In this document: one piece after another, positions 33,038 through 44,003 of the stretch
Layout of the letters: the number at the start of each line of letters is the position of its first letter
How positions within the stretch are numbered: position 1 is the stretch's first letter
Source of the DNA: Hyalangium minutum
GTDB taxonomy: Bacteria; Myxococcota; Myxococcia; Myxococcales; Myxococcaceae
Reading direction: 5' to 3'
DNA length: 248,000 bases
Assembly (NCBI RefSeq): GCF_000737315.1
Contig: NZ_JMCB01000004.1
Span: 20,001 to 268,000 of the forward strand
Program-made: the position numbers and the translations under genes
Notes under the pieces: model-generated
What the model was told of the DNA's origin: nothing
The model's input: the letters and a program-made list of their open reading frames with translations, nothing else
The model's database searches: none

Positions 33038-34201
33038 TCAGTCCTGCACGAGGGCGAGCAAGTGCCGCGGGTGGTAGAGGTTCCACAGCGGCCCGCGCAC
33101 GGTGTTCATGGACTCGAGGACGAGCTGCTTCCACTCGGCGGGGATGGCGCTCTCTCCGTAGAAGGCGCCCAGGAGCGCGCCGGTGATGGCGCCGTGCGCG
33201 TCTGCGTCCGCCCCCCGGTTCGCCACGTCCACCAGCGCGGCCTCGAGGCTGGGGGCGTGCAGCAGCTCCCAGAAGGCCAGCCGGAAGGCGATGCGCACGT
33301 GGCCGTGGTGGCGGTGCAGGTGCAGCTCCGGTCCGTAGAGCATGGGGTTCTGTTGCTGCGCTGCCTCCAGGTCCGCCCAGAGCAGGGACTTGGCGAACGA
33401 CACCTCTTCCACGTAGTCGGACAGCGAGCGGGCCAGCGCCGCCGCGCCAATGGAGAGCCCCTTCTGCGCGGCGATGAGGAGGTCCGAGGGCTGGAGCTTG
33501 TCGCCGCCGGTGATGGCCCTGGCGATGGCCTCGTTCAGGGCCACGCAGGCGAGCTGGCAGCGCGGATCGTAGTGGGTGAGGGCGGAGTCGTCGAACGAGG
33601 CCTGAAGGCGGGCCGCATCATCCTTGGCGAAGAAGACGCCGATGGGGGCCGTGCGCGCCAGGCTGCTGTTGGTGCAGGAGCGGCGGAAGCCTCGGATCCA
33701 CACGCGACGCCCCGAGGTGAGCGCGGGCATGCCTGCGTCCATCTCGTTGAGCACCTCGCGCATCGGATCGCTCATGTCGAAGGCGACGGGCTTCCAGGCG
33801 CGGTAGCGGCGGACGACGTCCGAGGCGTTGTAGCTCTTCACCTCTTTCAGGCTCCAGGCAATGCAGCACGCCATGTGCGTCTCGTCCGTCACCTGGCCCT
33901 TGCGCAGCTCCACCACCGGAGGAGGCAGCTCGCCGTTTTCGGGGATCCCCTCGGGGAAGTCCTCGTAGTTGGCCGTCATGGGATCCTGGGGGATCCGGGA
34001 CTTGAACTTGCCGCCCATGGGCATGCGGCGCATGCCGTCCGCCAGCTGGGGGAAGAGGGGGGCCAGGAGGTTGCGGCCTCGCATGGGCGCCCCGAGCGCG
34101 TCCCCTACGGCCAGGCCCAGCAGCGCACCTCGGCTCCGCTGGCCCGGGAGGGGATCCGGACCCTTCTGTTTCGGAGGTGGTCGGCGCGGCGGGGGAGGCA
34201 T
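33038..34201 (-). CDS. ADP-ribosylglycohydrolase family protein
   Basis: GLAVGDALG, VTDETHM, GADAD...ITGALLGA. Confidence 0.88.
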   Translation of the reverse strand: MPPPPRRPPPKQKGPDPLPGQRSRGALLGLAVGDALGAPMRGRNLLAPLFPQLADGMRRMPMGGKFKSRIPQDPMTANYEDFPEGIPENGELPPPVVELRKGQVTDETHMACCIAWSLKEVKSYNASDVVRRYRAWKPVAFDMSDPMREVLNEMDAGMPALTSGRRVWIRGFRRSCTNSSLARTAPIGVFFAKDDAARLQASFDDSALTHYDPRCQLACVALNEAIARAITGGDKLQPSDLLIAAQKGLSIGAAALARSLSDYVEEVSFAKSLLWADLEAAQQQNPMLYGPELHLHRHHGHVRIAFRLAFWELLHAPSLEAALVDVANRGADADAHGAITGALLGAFYGESAIPAEWKQLVLESMNTVRGPLWNLYHPRHLLALVQD

Positions 34202-34241
34202 GGGCAGGGGGTGGACGGGCCTTCAGGGGTGGACACTGTAG

Positions 34242-35594
<1,353 letters not shown>

Positions 35595-35600
35595 GGCGAC

Positions 35601-36389
35601 GTGACCCAGGCCCGACGCCCTCGCATCCTGGTCTCCAATGATGATGGGTACTTCTCGGACGGGCTGAAGGCGCTGGTCGAGGCCGTCAGCCCGCTCGGGG
35701 AGGTGTGGGTGGTGGCGCCGGACCGCGAGCAGAGCGCGGCCTCGCACGCCATCTCCCTGCACCGCCCCCTGCGCATCAAGGAGATCCGCGAGCGCTGGTT
35801 TGCCGTGGATGGCACCCCTGCGGACAGCGCTTATCTGGCGATCAACCACCTCCTCAAGGATGATCGCCCCCAGCTCATGGTGTCTGGGATCAATCACGGC
35901 GCGAATCTGGCGGACGACGTCACCTACTCGGGGACCGTCGCCGCCGCCATGGAGGGGGCCCTGCTTGGGGTGCCCTCCATCGCGTTCAGCCTCGCCTCCC
36001 ACGCGCCGTTCGACTTCAAACCCGCGGCCCGGTTCGCCCGTGCGATCGTGGCCGAGGCCCTGTCGCGGACGCTGCCTCCGCGGATGCTGTTGAACGTGAA
36101 CATCCCCGGCGGCGTGGAGCCGGAGGGCTACGTCGTCACCCGGCTCGGGCGGCACAGCTACGGCTATGCCGTGACCGAGAACGTCGATCCGCGGGGCAAG
36201 AAGTACTACTGGATCGGCGGCAGCGAGTACGAGCACGAGGACATCCCCGGCAGCGACTGCAACGCCGTCCACCTGGACAAGCGCGTCTCCGTCACGCCGC
36301 TGCACCTCGATTTGACCGATCACAGCCGGCTCTCCGATCTCGCGGGGTGGACGATCGAGGGCTTCCGGCGCTCCGGGTCGGGTGGGTGA
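35601..36389 (+). CDS. surE: 5'/3'-nucleotidase SurE
   Basis: SNDDG, SGINHGAN, YSGTVAAA. Confidence 0.97.
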   Translation: MTQARRPRILVSNDDGYFSDGLKALVEAVSPLGEVWVVAPDREQSAASHAISLHRPLRIKEIRERWFAVDGTPADSAYLAINHLLKDDRPQLMVSGINHGANLADDVTYSGTVAAAMEGALLGVPSIAFSLASHAPFDFKPAARFARAIVAEALSRTLPPRMLLNVNIPGGVEPEGYVVTRLGRHSYGYAVTENVDPRGKKYYWIGGSEYEHEDIPGSDCNAVHLDKRVSVTPLHLDLTDHSRLSDLAGWTIEGFRRSGSGG

Positions 36390-37357
36390 GGTTGGCTGGC
36401 CGGTGTCTCAGCCGAGCGGGCTTGGCGCTCCTCCTGGTTCTCGGCGCCACCGGGTGTGCCAGCTCTCAGTCTGCCTCGCGCCCCCGAGGGCTCGAGGCAC
36501 CGCCGTCTCCCTCGGAGGTTGAGGCACGGGCTCCCGCGAAGGGAACCGCGCCTGCTCCCGGGGCCTCTGCCTCCGCGTCATCGGCCTCTCTGCCCATCAC
36601 CTTGCGGGCCGCGCATCCCGAGCCGGAGCTTCTCACCGTCCGTCACAAGGTGGCGCCCGGAGAGACGGTGTTCCGCATTGCTCGCTCGTATGGCGTCACT
36701 GTGGACGACTTGAAGGCCGCCAATGGCATCAAGGATCCCCGGAGCCTCTCCGTGGGACAGGAGCTGCTCATCCCCACCGTGCCTCCCGAGGACGAGGCAC
36801 CTGAGCCCCCAGATGAGCCTCACGTGGAGCCCGATGTGGGGCCCGCGCCGGGGAAGGGTGGGGCGCCTCGGGTTGTCGTGGGCCGGGATGATCTGCCGCC
36901 TCGGCCTCGTCTGCAGGAGAAGCCCACGCCTCCTCGGAAGGGGGGCAAGGCCTCGCGGCCCGAGCCAGCGACCAAGGGGATGCTCGACTGGCCGTTCCGA
37001 GGCGTGCTGTACGGCCGCTTTGGCAAGAAGGGCCGCGAGCCCCACGACGGCATCGACCTGGCGGCCCCGGCGGGAACTCCGGTCCAGACGGCCCAGGAGG
37101 GCACTGTCCTCTATGCGGGCGAGCAGAAGGGTTACGGCCTCATCGTCATCGTCCAGCACCCCAACGGCCTCATTACGCTCTACGCCCACAACCGGGATCT
37201 GCGAGTGAAGACCGGGCAGACCGTGCGTCGCTCCCAGGTAGTGGCCACGGTGGGAGAGTCCGGGCGGACGTCGGGTCCCCACTGCCACTTCGAGGTCCGC
37301 CTGGAGGGCAAGCCCGTGGACCCGCTGGACTACCTCGGGCCTCTCCCGTCCTCCTGA
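36386..37357 (+). CDS. nlpD: LysM + M23 peptidase lipoprotein (NlpD-like)
   Basis: Lipobox ATGC, LysM, HDGID and HCH M23 motifs; follows surE. Confidence 0.85.
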   Translation: MRLAGRCLSRAGLALLLVLGATGCASSQSASRPRGLEAPPSPSEVEARAPAKGTAPAPGASASASSASLPITLRAAHPEPELLTVRHKVAPGETVFRIARSYGVTVDDLKAANGIKDPRSLSVGQELLIPTVPPEDEAPEPPDEPHVEPDVGPAPGKGGAPRVVVGRDDLPPRPRLQEKPTPPRKGGKASRPEPATKGMLDWPFRGVLYGRFGKKGREPHDGIDLAAPAGTPVQTAQEGTVLYAGEQKGYGLIVIVQHPNGLITLYAHNRDLRVKTGQTVRRSQVVATVGESGRTSGPHCHFEVRLEGKPVDPLDYLGPLPSS

Positions 37358-37405
37358 GGCAGGCAGGCGGGGAGGGGGATGGCTCTCGGCGCCGATTCTC
37401 CTAGA

Positions 37406-38635
37406 GTGTCGCCGGTGAAGCGCCTTAGCCCCCTGATCTTCCTCTCGCTGCTGCTCTCGACGGCTGCCTGGGCCCAGACCCCTGCTCCCGCCGAGGAGCC
37501 GGCGTCCTCGTCCGCTTCTCTTGCCGCGCCTGTCGCGCCCGCAGCGCCTCCCGAGGCTGCTCCCGCGACGCCTCCGGCTGAAGCTCCTGCGGCTGAAGCT
37601 CCTGCGGCAGTGGCACCTCCCGCTGCCACGGCGGCCCCCGAGCAGAAGCCTGCGTCCGAGAAGAAGCCGTCCGACGCCTCGCCGTTGCCCACCGTGGCCG
37701 TGCTCGCGCTCGAGTCCAACAAGGCAGCTCAGGAGGCCGCGCCCGGCATTGCCTCGCTCATCGCGAGCCGGCTTGCTGACTCTCCCAAGCTCAAGGTGCT
37801 CACCCAGCGGGACATCGAAACGATGCTGAGCACCGAGCGCCAGCGCCAGCTGCTGGGCTCTGGCTCGTGCTCCAGCAAAGGCCCCTGCCTCGAGGAGCTA
37901 TCGAACGCCATCGGCGCCCAGTATGTGGTGGCCGGGCGGCTGGACCGCTTCGGGGACAAGTACCTGCTCACCGTCAGCCTGCTCGACACGTTCTCGGGAC
38001 GCAGCCTGGCCCGGCCCGCCGCCGAGGCCCCCAGCACCGAGGATCTCCTCCAGGTTGCGGATGCCGTCGGAGAGCAGCTGCTCGCCGAGCTGGCGCCCGA
38101 GGGCGAGACGCGCGCGGCCCGGCCGCTATTCGGCAGCGCCAGGGAGACCCCCGGCGGTGGTCTCGTGCTGGGGTTGCGCATCAACAACAGCTTCATCTCC
38201 AACATCCAGGCCCTCAACCCCGGCGCGGACCTCGAGGTGGGCTATGCCTTCCATCCCGAGTGGGTGGGCTTCCTCCAGGTGGGCATCACCTTCATCCGGG
38301 CGAATGGCGATGAGAGCGAGTCCGGCCGTCTCCGCATCCTGCCCAGCCTGCTCGGGGCCCGTCATTACTACCGGCTGCAGCACGCCTTCCGGCCGTACTG
38401 GGGGCTGGGGCTCGGCGTGCAGCTCGCGTTCGGGCAGTTCGGCATCTTCGAGTCCACCGGCTCGCTGCCCACAGTGATCGGCTTCTTCGGCGCCGAGTAC
38501 CTCATTGGCGGCAAGTTCGGCATCCACCTCGAGGCCGGCACCAATCTCGCTCAGGCCACGCTGGGCCTCGCGGACAACGGGCTCGGGGATGGGCTCAACC
38601 TCGATCTCACCGCTGGCATCCTGTACCACTTCTGA
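37406..38635 (+). CDS. Exported protein (FlgO/CsgG-like domain + C-terminal beta-barrel-like region)
   Basis: Signal peptide, VAVLALE...IASRL, ends in aromatic residue (YHF). Confidence 0.55.
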   Translation: MSPVKRLSPLIFLSLLLSTAAWAQTPAPAEEPASSSASLAAPVAPAAPPEAAPATPPAEAPAAEAPAAVAPPAATAAPEQKPASEKKPSDASPLPTVAVLALESNKAAQEAAPGIASLIASRLADSPKLKVLTQRDIETMLSTERQRQLLGSGSCSSKGPCLEELSNAIGAQYVVAGRLDRFGDKYLLTVSLLDTFSGRSLARPAAEAPSTEDLLQVADAVGEQLLAELAPEGETRAARPLFGSARETPGGGLVLGLRINNSFISNIQALNPGADLEVGYAFHPEWVGFLQVGITFIRANGDESESGRLRILPSLLGARHYYRLQHAFRPYWGLGLGVQLAFGQFGIFESTGSLPTVIGFFGAEYLIGGKFGIHLEAGTNLAQATLGLADNGLGDGLNLDLTAGILYHF

Positions 38636-38652
38636 AGTCTGGAGCCCCGTTT

Positions 38653-39792
38653 ATGCCTTCGCGCCTGCGCGCTCTGTCGCTGCTCGCCTTGCTCGCCACA
38701 GCGGCTTGTGACGACACGCCCAAGATCGATCCCAAGGACCGCGCTGAGGGCCTCTACGTGAAGGGCAATGCCGAGTATCTGCACGGCGACTTCGATCAGG
38801 CGCTCGCCTCGTTCGCGGAGATGAAGCAGCTGGCGCCCAATGACCCGCGCCTGCCCGCCGCCGTGGGCGAGGTCTACCTCTCCATGGGCAAGTACGCCGA
38901 GGCGCTCACCGAGTTCCAGGCGGCGCTGGCGCTCGATCCGAAGCGCTCCACCACCTGGAGCCGCATCGGCTTCATCCAGGCGCAGACGGGCAAGTACGAG
39001 GAGGCCATGAGCTCGCTGCGCAAGGCCATTGGCCTGTATCCCAAGGACTTCAACGCGCTGGAGCAGCTGGCGGAGATCCACCACAAGCGCGGAGAGAACG
39101 ACGAGGCCGTCCGCCACTTCACGCTCGCCGCCGAGGTCAGCCCCGAGAAGCTCAAGCCCGACTATCTGCTCAAGGCGGTGGAACTGCTCCAGCAGGACAG
39201 CCGGCACGCGGAGGCGCTCACCCTGTTGCAGAAGTGGGTGGGGCAGGGCGTTCGTACCTCTGAGGTGCTCTCGGTCTTTGGGGACGAGCAGGTGCGCGCC
39301 GGGAAGATGGACGAGGCGGCCGCCGCCTACAAAGAGGCCGCGCAGAAGTCGCCCAAGGATCCCTCGATGTGGGAGCTCGTCGGCCGCATCTACGCCAGTC
39401 AGGGCAAGAGCGCGGACGCGCTCGCGGCGTTCCGCGAGTCCCTCAAGGTGAAGGACCGCGCTCTGGTGCACGTGGCCATCGCGCAGCTCCACCTGGCTCA
39501 GAAGGACCGCAAGGCCGCCGAGGAGGAGCTGAGCAAGGCGCTGGAGACGGCTTCCGGCGAGGACGTGCGCGAGTTGATCGAGCTGTCGGAGCTGCTCGTG
39601 ACGATGGAGCGCAAGCCGGACGCGCTGCGCATCCTCAGCAACCTGGCCGCCGAGCCGGACAACGCGAACAACGAGGAGCTGCAGCTGCGCACTGCCCGGC
39701 TGGCGCGCGACCTGAAGGACACCGCGACCGTGAAGACCGCCTGCTCCCGCATCACCGGGAAAGACGGAGGCGGTGCCCCCGCCTGCCCGTAA
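38653..39792 (+). CDS. TPR lipoprotein
   Basis: Lipobox TAAC; many TPR helices. Confidence 0.8.
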   Translation: MPSRLRALSLLALLATAACDDTPKIDPKDRAEGLYVKGNAEYLHGDFDQALASFAEMKQLAPNDPRLPAAVGEVYLSMGKYAEALTEFQAALALDPKRSTTWSRIGFIQAQTGKYEEAMSSLRKAIGLYPKDFNALEQLAEIHHKRGENDEAVRHFTLAAEVSPEKLKPDYLLKAVELLQQDSRHAEALTLLQKWVGQGVRTSEVLSVFGDEQVRAGKMDEAAAAYKEAAQKSPKDPSMWELVGRIYASQGKSADALAAFRESLKVKDRALVHVAIAQLHLAQKDRKAAEEELSKALETASGEDVRELIELSELLVTMERKPDALRILSNLAAEPDNANNEELQLRTARLARDLKDTATVKTACSRITGKDGGGAPACP

Positions 39793-39804
39793 CTACCCGG
39801 GACG

Positions 39805-40467
39805 TCAGTTCCGCCCGCCGGGCAGCTTGCGGTACACGCCCACGACGATCCCCAACAGCATCGTCGAGCGGAAGTCCGCCTTGTTCACGTAGATGGGCTG
39901 CATGTCCTTGTTCGCCGGCTGGAACCGGATGCGCTCGCCCTCGGGGAAGTAGCGCTTCACCGTCGCCTCATCCTCGATGAGTGCCACGACGATGTCCCCC
40001 GGCTGCGCCGCCGGCGTCTTGCGCACGAACAGGTAGTCCCCGTCGTGGATGCCATCCTCGATCATCGACTGGCCCTTCACTCGAAGCGCGAACACCTCGC
40101 GGCCCGCGCCTCCAATGAGGAAGCTGTCGATCTTGACCGAGTCCTCCATGTTCTCCTGGGCCAGCAGCGGCGCGCCTGCCGCCACCTTGCCCAAGAGCGG
40201 CACGTCCACCAGCCCCGAGTCCTTCTTCGCCCCCAGCCCCAGTAGCATCCGCGCCCGCTTGGTCGGCACCAGCGACCGGCTCTGCTGCTCGCCCCGGTTC
40301 AGGTAACCCTTGCGCTCCAGCGCCTTGAGGTGATCGTTCACCCCGTTGGTCGAGCGGATGTCCATCTGCTCGCCAATCTCGCGGATGGTGGGGGGAAACC
40401 CTCGGGACTCCGTCTCCTTCACGATGAAGGTGAGAATCTCGCGCTGGCGCTCCGTTAGCTCTTCCAT
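39805..40467 (-). CDS. lexA: SOS repressor LexA
   Basis: PPTIREI, VAAG autocleavage site, [14 protein letters not shown]. Confidence 0.97.
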   Translation of the reverse strand: MEELTERQREILTFIVKETESRGFPPTIREIGEQMDIRSTNGVNDHLKALERKGYLNRGEQQSRSLVPTKRARMLLGLGAKKDSGLVDVPLLGKVAAGAPLLAQENMEDSVKIDSFLIGGAGREVFALRVKGQSMIEDGIHDGDYLFVRKTPAAQPGDIVVALIEDEATVKRYFPEGERIRFQPANKDMQPIYVNKADFRSTMLLGIVVGVYRKLPGGRN

Positions 40468-40540
40468 GCCTCACTCCCTCCCTCGGTGGGGGGCCCTGGC
40501 CGCTTTGGACCAGGGCAACAGGCTTTCAGTGTCCATGCTC

Positions 40541-40557
40541 CCTGAACAGGCGTGTAG
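40541..40557 (-). promoter_or_regulatory. Myxobacterial LexA box
   Basis: CTACACGCCTGTTCAGG matches the M. xanthus consensus CTRHAMRYBYGTTCAGS. Confidence 0.8.
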
Positions 40558-40673
40558 AGTCAATCGTTTCGAGCAGGCAGGCGAGCCGACCCTTCGGGTT
40601 GCCTCCTTCCCTTCAGGGCTCTGTGAGAGAACTTGAGGTTTCGCACTGATCTGGGCGTACAATTTCTCCCGTC

Positions 40674-43600
40674 TTGTCCGAGCTACGACACACCCTGCTT
40701 CTCGTCGATGACGAGGCGGATGTACTGGACATCCTCGTCCGGATGTTCCAGCGGCAGTACCGCGTCCTCACCGCCACCTCCGGTCAGGAGGCTCTGTCCA
40801 TCCTCCGGACCCAGACGGTAGATGTCCTCATCACCGACCAGCGCATGCCCGAGATGACGGGCATCGAGCTCGTGTCGGCCTCCCGCGCCGAGGGCATCGA
40901 CGTCACCACGTTGCTGCTCACCGGCTACACGGACCCCGAAGACATCATCGCCGCCATCAACCAGGGCCAGGTCTACCGCTACATCACCAAGCCCTGGGAG
41001 GTGAATGATCTCCTCATCACCGTGCGCAACGCGGTGGACTACACGCAGCTGCGCCGCGACAAGGAGCGGCTTCTGCGCCAGCTCCACCAGCGCGTCGAGG
41101 CCCTCTTCGTCCTCTACGAGGTGAGCCGCGCCAGTGCCTCGGACCCGCCGAGCTACGAGGCCATCATCGACCGCGTGCTCAGCGCCGTGGCCCGTGTGCT
41201 GCCGTACGACTGCGGCGCCGCGCTCATTGCCCCGGATGACGCGCGCTCGGCCATCCTGCGTCTGCGTTGTCTGGGAACCGTGGGCGAGAAGGCCCTGCTG
41301 GGTGTGAAAGAGTCCATGCTCGGAGCCTACCGCCGCAGCTCCGGCCAGCTCCTGCCCGAGGACCGGCTCACCACCCGCGTCACTGGCACCATCACCCAGG
41401 ACTCCAGCGCTCCGGCCGTCTACCCGAGCCAGGTCACCGTCAGCCTCGTGGCCGGCGGCAAGCCCGTGGGCATGCTGTCGCTGTTCTCTCAGAACCCTCA
41501 GGCGTTCAGCGAGGACGATGGCGTGCTCTTGGACACGCTGGCCAACCAGACCGCAGACGCCATCCAGTCCCTGCGCGCCGTGGAGGAAGAGGCCCGCCGC
41601 CGCATCGAGCGCATGGTCGAGTCCATGGCCGACGGCGTGCTCCTCACCGATGAGGCGGACGCTATCGTCGTCATCAACCCCGCCGCACGGCGCCTGCTGC
41701 GCCTGGGCGAGGACGTGGGCACGCTCACCGGCCGCATGTTGGAGGAGCGCCTGGGTTTCGAGCCTTCCGAGCTCATTCGCGGCTGGGAGTACAGCGGCTC
41801 GCAGGTGCTCGAAGAAGAGGTCGAGCTGTTCGAGCGCCACATCCAGTGCACCGTCACCCCAGTGAATGACGCTCGCGGCACCGTGCGCGGTGTCTGCGTG
41901 GTGCTGCGCGACGTCACCGAGCAGAAGGTGCTCGAGGAGCGCAAGGACGAGTTCGTCTCCATGGTGAGCCACGAGCTGCGCACCCCGCTCACGTCCATCT
42001 CCGGCGCGCTGGACCTGGTGCTCAACTTCCTCGCGGGCCCCATCAACGAGAAGCAGCAGAAGTACCTGGCGATGGCCAAGGACTCCACCGAGAAGCTCAA
42101 CACCCTGGTGGATGACCTGCTGGATCTGGCCAAGTTCGCCAAGGGCCGGCTGCAGATGAACTTCGAGCTGACGTACCTCGACGAGCTGGTCCGCCGCGCC
42201 GTCGAGAAGTACGGCCCCGCCTTCCAGGAGCGGCGGGTGAAGGTGAACACCGCGCTGCCCCAGTACGGCTTGCGCGTCATGGCCGATCCCAACCGCGTCA
42301 ACCAGGTGCTCAACAACCTGCTGACCAACGCGGCCAAGTTCACCCCCGAGGGCGGCGAAGTCACCCTGGAGCTGCGCGCCACCTCGTCCCTGCCGGGCTT
42401 CGTGTCGCTGTCCTGCTGGAACAGCGGCGAGCCCATCGCCGACGAGAACCTCGAGCGCATCTTCGACCGCTTCGAGCAGGCCCGCACCCCGTCCAATCGC
42501 ACCGTGCGTGGCACTGGCCTGGGGCTCGCCATCTGCCGCCACATCGTCGAGGCCCACGGTGGCCGCATCTGGTGCGAGCCCAGCGTCCAGGGCGTGCGCT
42601 TCGTCACCGTGCTCCCCGTGGAGCCTCCCCAGGAGCTGCTCCGTCCCGACGCCAACGAGATCCCTTATCAGGCCCGCAAGCTCGATTCGCGCGGCCGGGT
42701 GCTCGTCATCGAGGGCGAGGTGGAGCTCGCCTACATCATCAAGGCGCTGCTGCTCGGGCGCGGATATGCGGTGCACATCGCCAGCACCGCCGAGGAGGGC
42801 ATCCAAGCCGCTCGGCGCCACCACCCGGACGCCGTCCTCGTGGCCGTGCGCCTGCCCGACGTGGACGGACTGCGCCTCACCGAGATCCTCCGGCACGATC
42901 CCGACACCCGGCGCACGCCGCTGCTCGTGAACTCCTCGTTCGATGAGCGCCAGCGCGCGTTCCGCTCGGGCGCGGACGCCTTCCTGTTGCGGCCCCTCAT
43001 GGTGGACAAGCTCCTGGCCACCGTGGACTCGCTGGTGCGCGGCCGCACCGGCCAGCAGCATGGCCGCGTGCTCGTCGTGGACGACGACGCGAAGATCGGC
43101 AGCATCTGCGGCGAGGTGCTCGCCAGCCTCGGGTTTGAAGTGACGGTGGTCGGCTCGCTCGAGGAGGCCCGGAAGATTCTCCGCGAGCGCCGCCCGGACG
43201 TCGTCCTCCTGGACGTGACGCTGCCGGACGGCGACGGCTTCGTCTTCATCGAGGAGATCAAGGCCGAGCGCGCCAGCGGCCACATCTCCGTCATCTTCCT
43301 GTCGGCCCGCGCGGAGACGGCCTCGAAGATCCGCGCCCTCAAGCTGGGCGGCGACGACTACATCACCAAGCCCTTCGATGCCCTGGAACTGGGCGCTCGC
43401 GTGGAGAGCGTGCTGCGCCGCAAGGAGCAGGAGCTGTCGGCCTCGCCCACCACGCAGCTGCCGGGCTCCAATGCCATCGAGCGCGAGGTGCAGCGCCGCC
43501 TCATGGCCCGCAAGCCCTTCGCCTTCTGCTACCTCGATCTCGACAACCTCAAGGCCTACAACGACTACTACGGCTTCGCGAAGGCCGATGGTGTCGTGCG

Positions 43601-44003
43601 TCAGACGGGCGACCTGCTGCGGGACATCTTCGCGCAGGAGGGCGTGCCCGGAGACTTCCTGGGCCACGTGGCGGGCGATGACTTCGTCTTCATCGTCGCC
43701 CCCGAGTCCGTGGACCGCATCTGCCAGCGCGCCATCGAAGCGTTCGACCGCATCATCCCGCTCTATTATGATCGGCAGGACCGCGAGCGCGGCCACATCG
43801 AGGCCGAGGACCGGTTCGGAGAGAAGCGGAAGTTCCCCATCATGAGTGTCTCCATCGTGGCGGTGATGAGCGACGGTGTGGCCCTGGATCACGCGGAACT
43901 GGCGCGGCGCGCCGCGGACATGAAGAAGCGCGCCAAGGCCATTCAAGGCTCCATCTACCTGCGCAGCGACCGCGAGCGGGAGACCCGGACCGTCACCGGA
44001 TGA
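40674..44003 (+). CDS. Multidomain hybrid: REC-GAF-PAS-HisKA-HATPase-REC-REC-GGDEF
   Basis: HELRTPL, GTGLGL, three receiver domains, DLDNLKAYND and AGDDF. Confidence 0.9.
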   Translation: MSELRHTLLLVDDEADVLDILVRMFQRQYRVLTATSGQEALSILRTQTVDVLITDQRMPEMTGIELVSASRAEGIDVTTLLLTGYTDPEDIIAAINQGQVYRYITKPWEVNDLLITVRNAVDYTQLRRDKERLLRQLHQRVEALFVLYEVSRASASDPPSYEAIIDRVLSAVARVLPYDCGAALIAPDDARSAILRLRCLGTVGEKALLGVKESMLGAYRRSSGQLLPEDRLTTRVTGTITQDSSAPAVYPSQVTVSLVAGGKPVGMLSLFSQNPQAFSEDDGVLLDTLANQTADAIQSLRAVEEEARRRIERMVESMADGVLLTDEADAIVVINPAARRLLRLGEDVGTLTGRMLEERLGFEPSELIRGWEYSGSQVLEEEVELFERHIQCTVTPVNDARGTVRGVCVVLRDVTEQKVLEERKDEFVSMVSHELRTPLTSISGALDLVLNFLAGPINEKQQKYLAMAKDSTEKLNTLVDDLLDLAKFAKGRLQMNFELTYLDELVRRAVEKYGPAFQERRVKVNTALPQYGLRVMADPNRVNQVLNNLLTNAAKFTPEGGEVTLELRATSSLPGFVSLSCWNSGEPIADENLERIFDRFEQARTPSNRTVRGTGLGLAICRHIVEAHGGRIWCEPSVQGVRFVTVLPVEPPQELLRPDANEIPYQARKLDSRGRVLVIEGEVELAYIIKALLLGRGYAVHIASTAEEGIQAARRHHPDAVLVAVRLPDVDGLRLTEILRHDPDTRRTPLLVNSSFDERQRAFRSGADAFLLRPLMVDKLLATVDSLVRGRTGQQHGRVLVVDDDAKIGSICGEVLASLGFEVTVVGSLEEARKILRERRPDVVLLDVTLPDGDGFVFIEEIKAERASGHISVIFLSARAETASKIRALKLGGDDYITKPFDALELGARVESVLRRKEQELSASPTTQLPGSNAIEREVQRRLMARKPFAFCYLDLDNLKAYNDYYGFAKADGVVRQTGDLLRDIFAQEGVPGDFLGHVAGDDFVFIVAPESVDRICQRAIEAFDRIIPLYYDRQDRERGHIEAEDRFGEKRKFPIMSVSIVAVMSDGVALDHAELARRAADMKKRAKAIQGSIYLRSDRERETRTVTG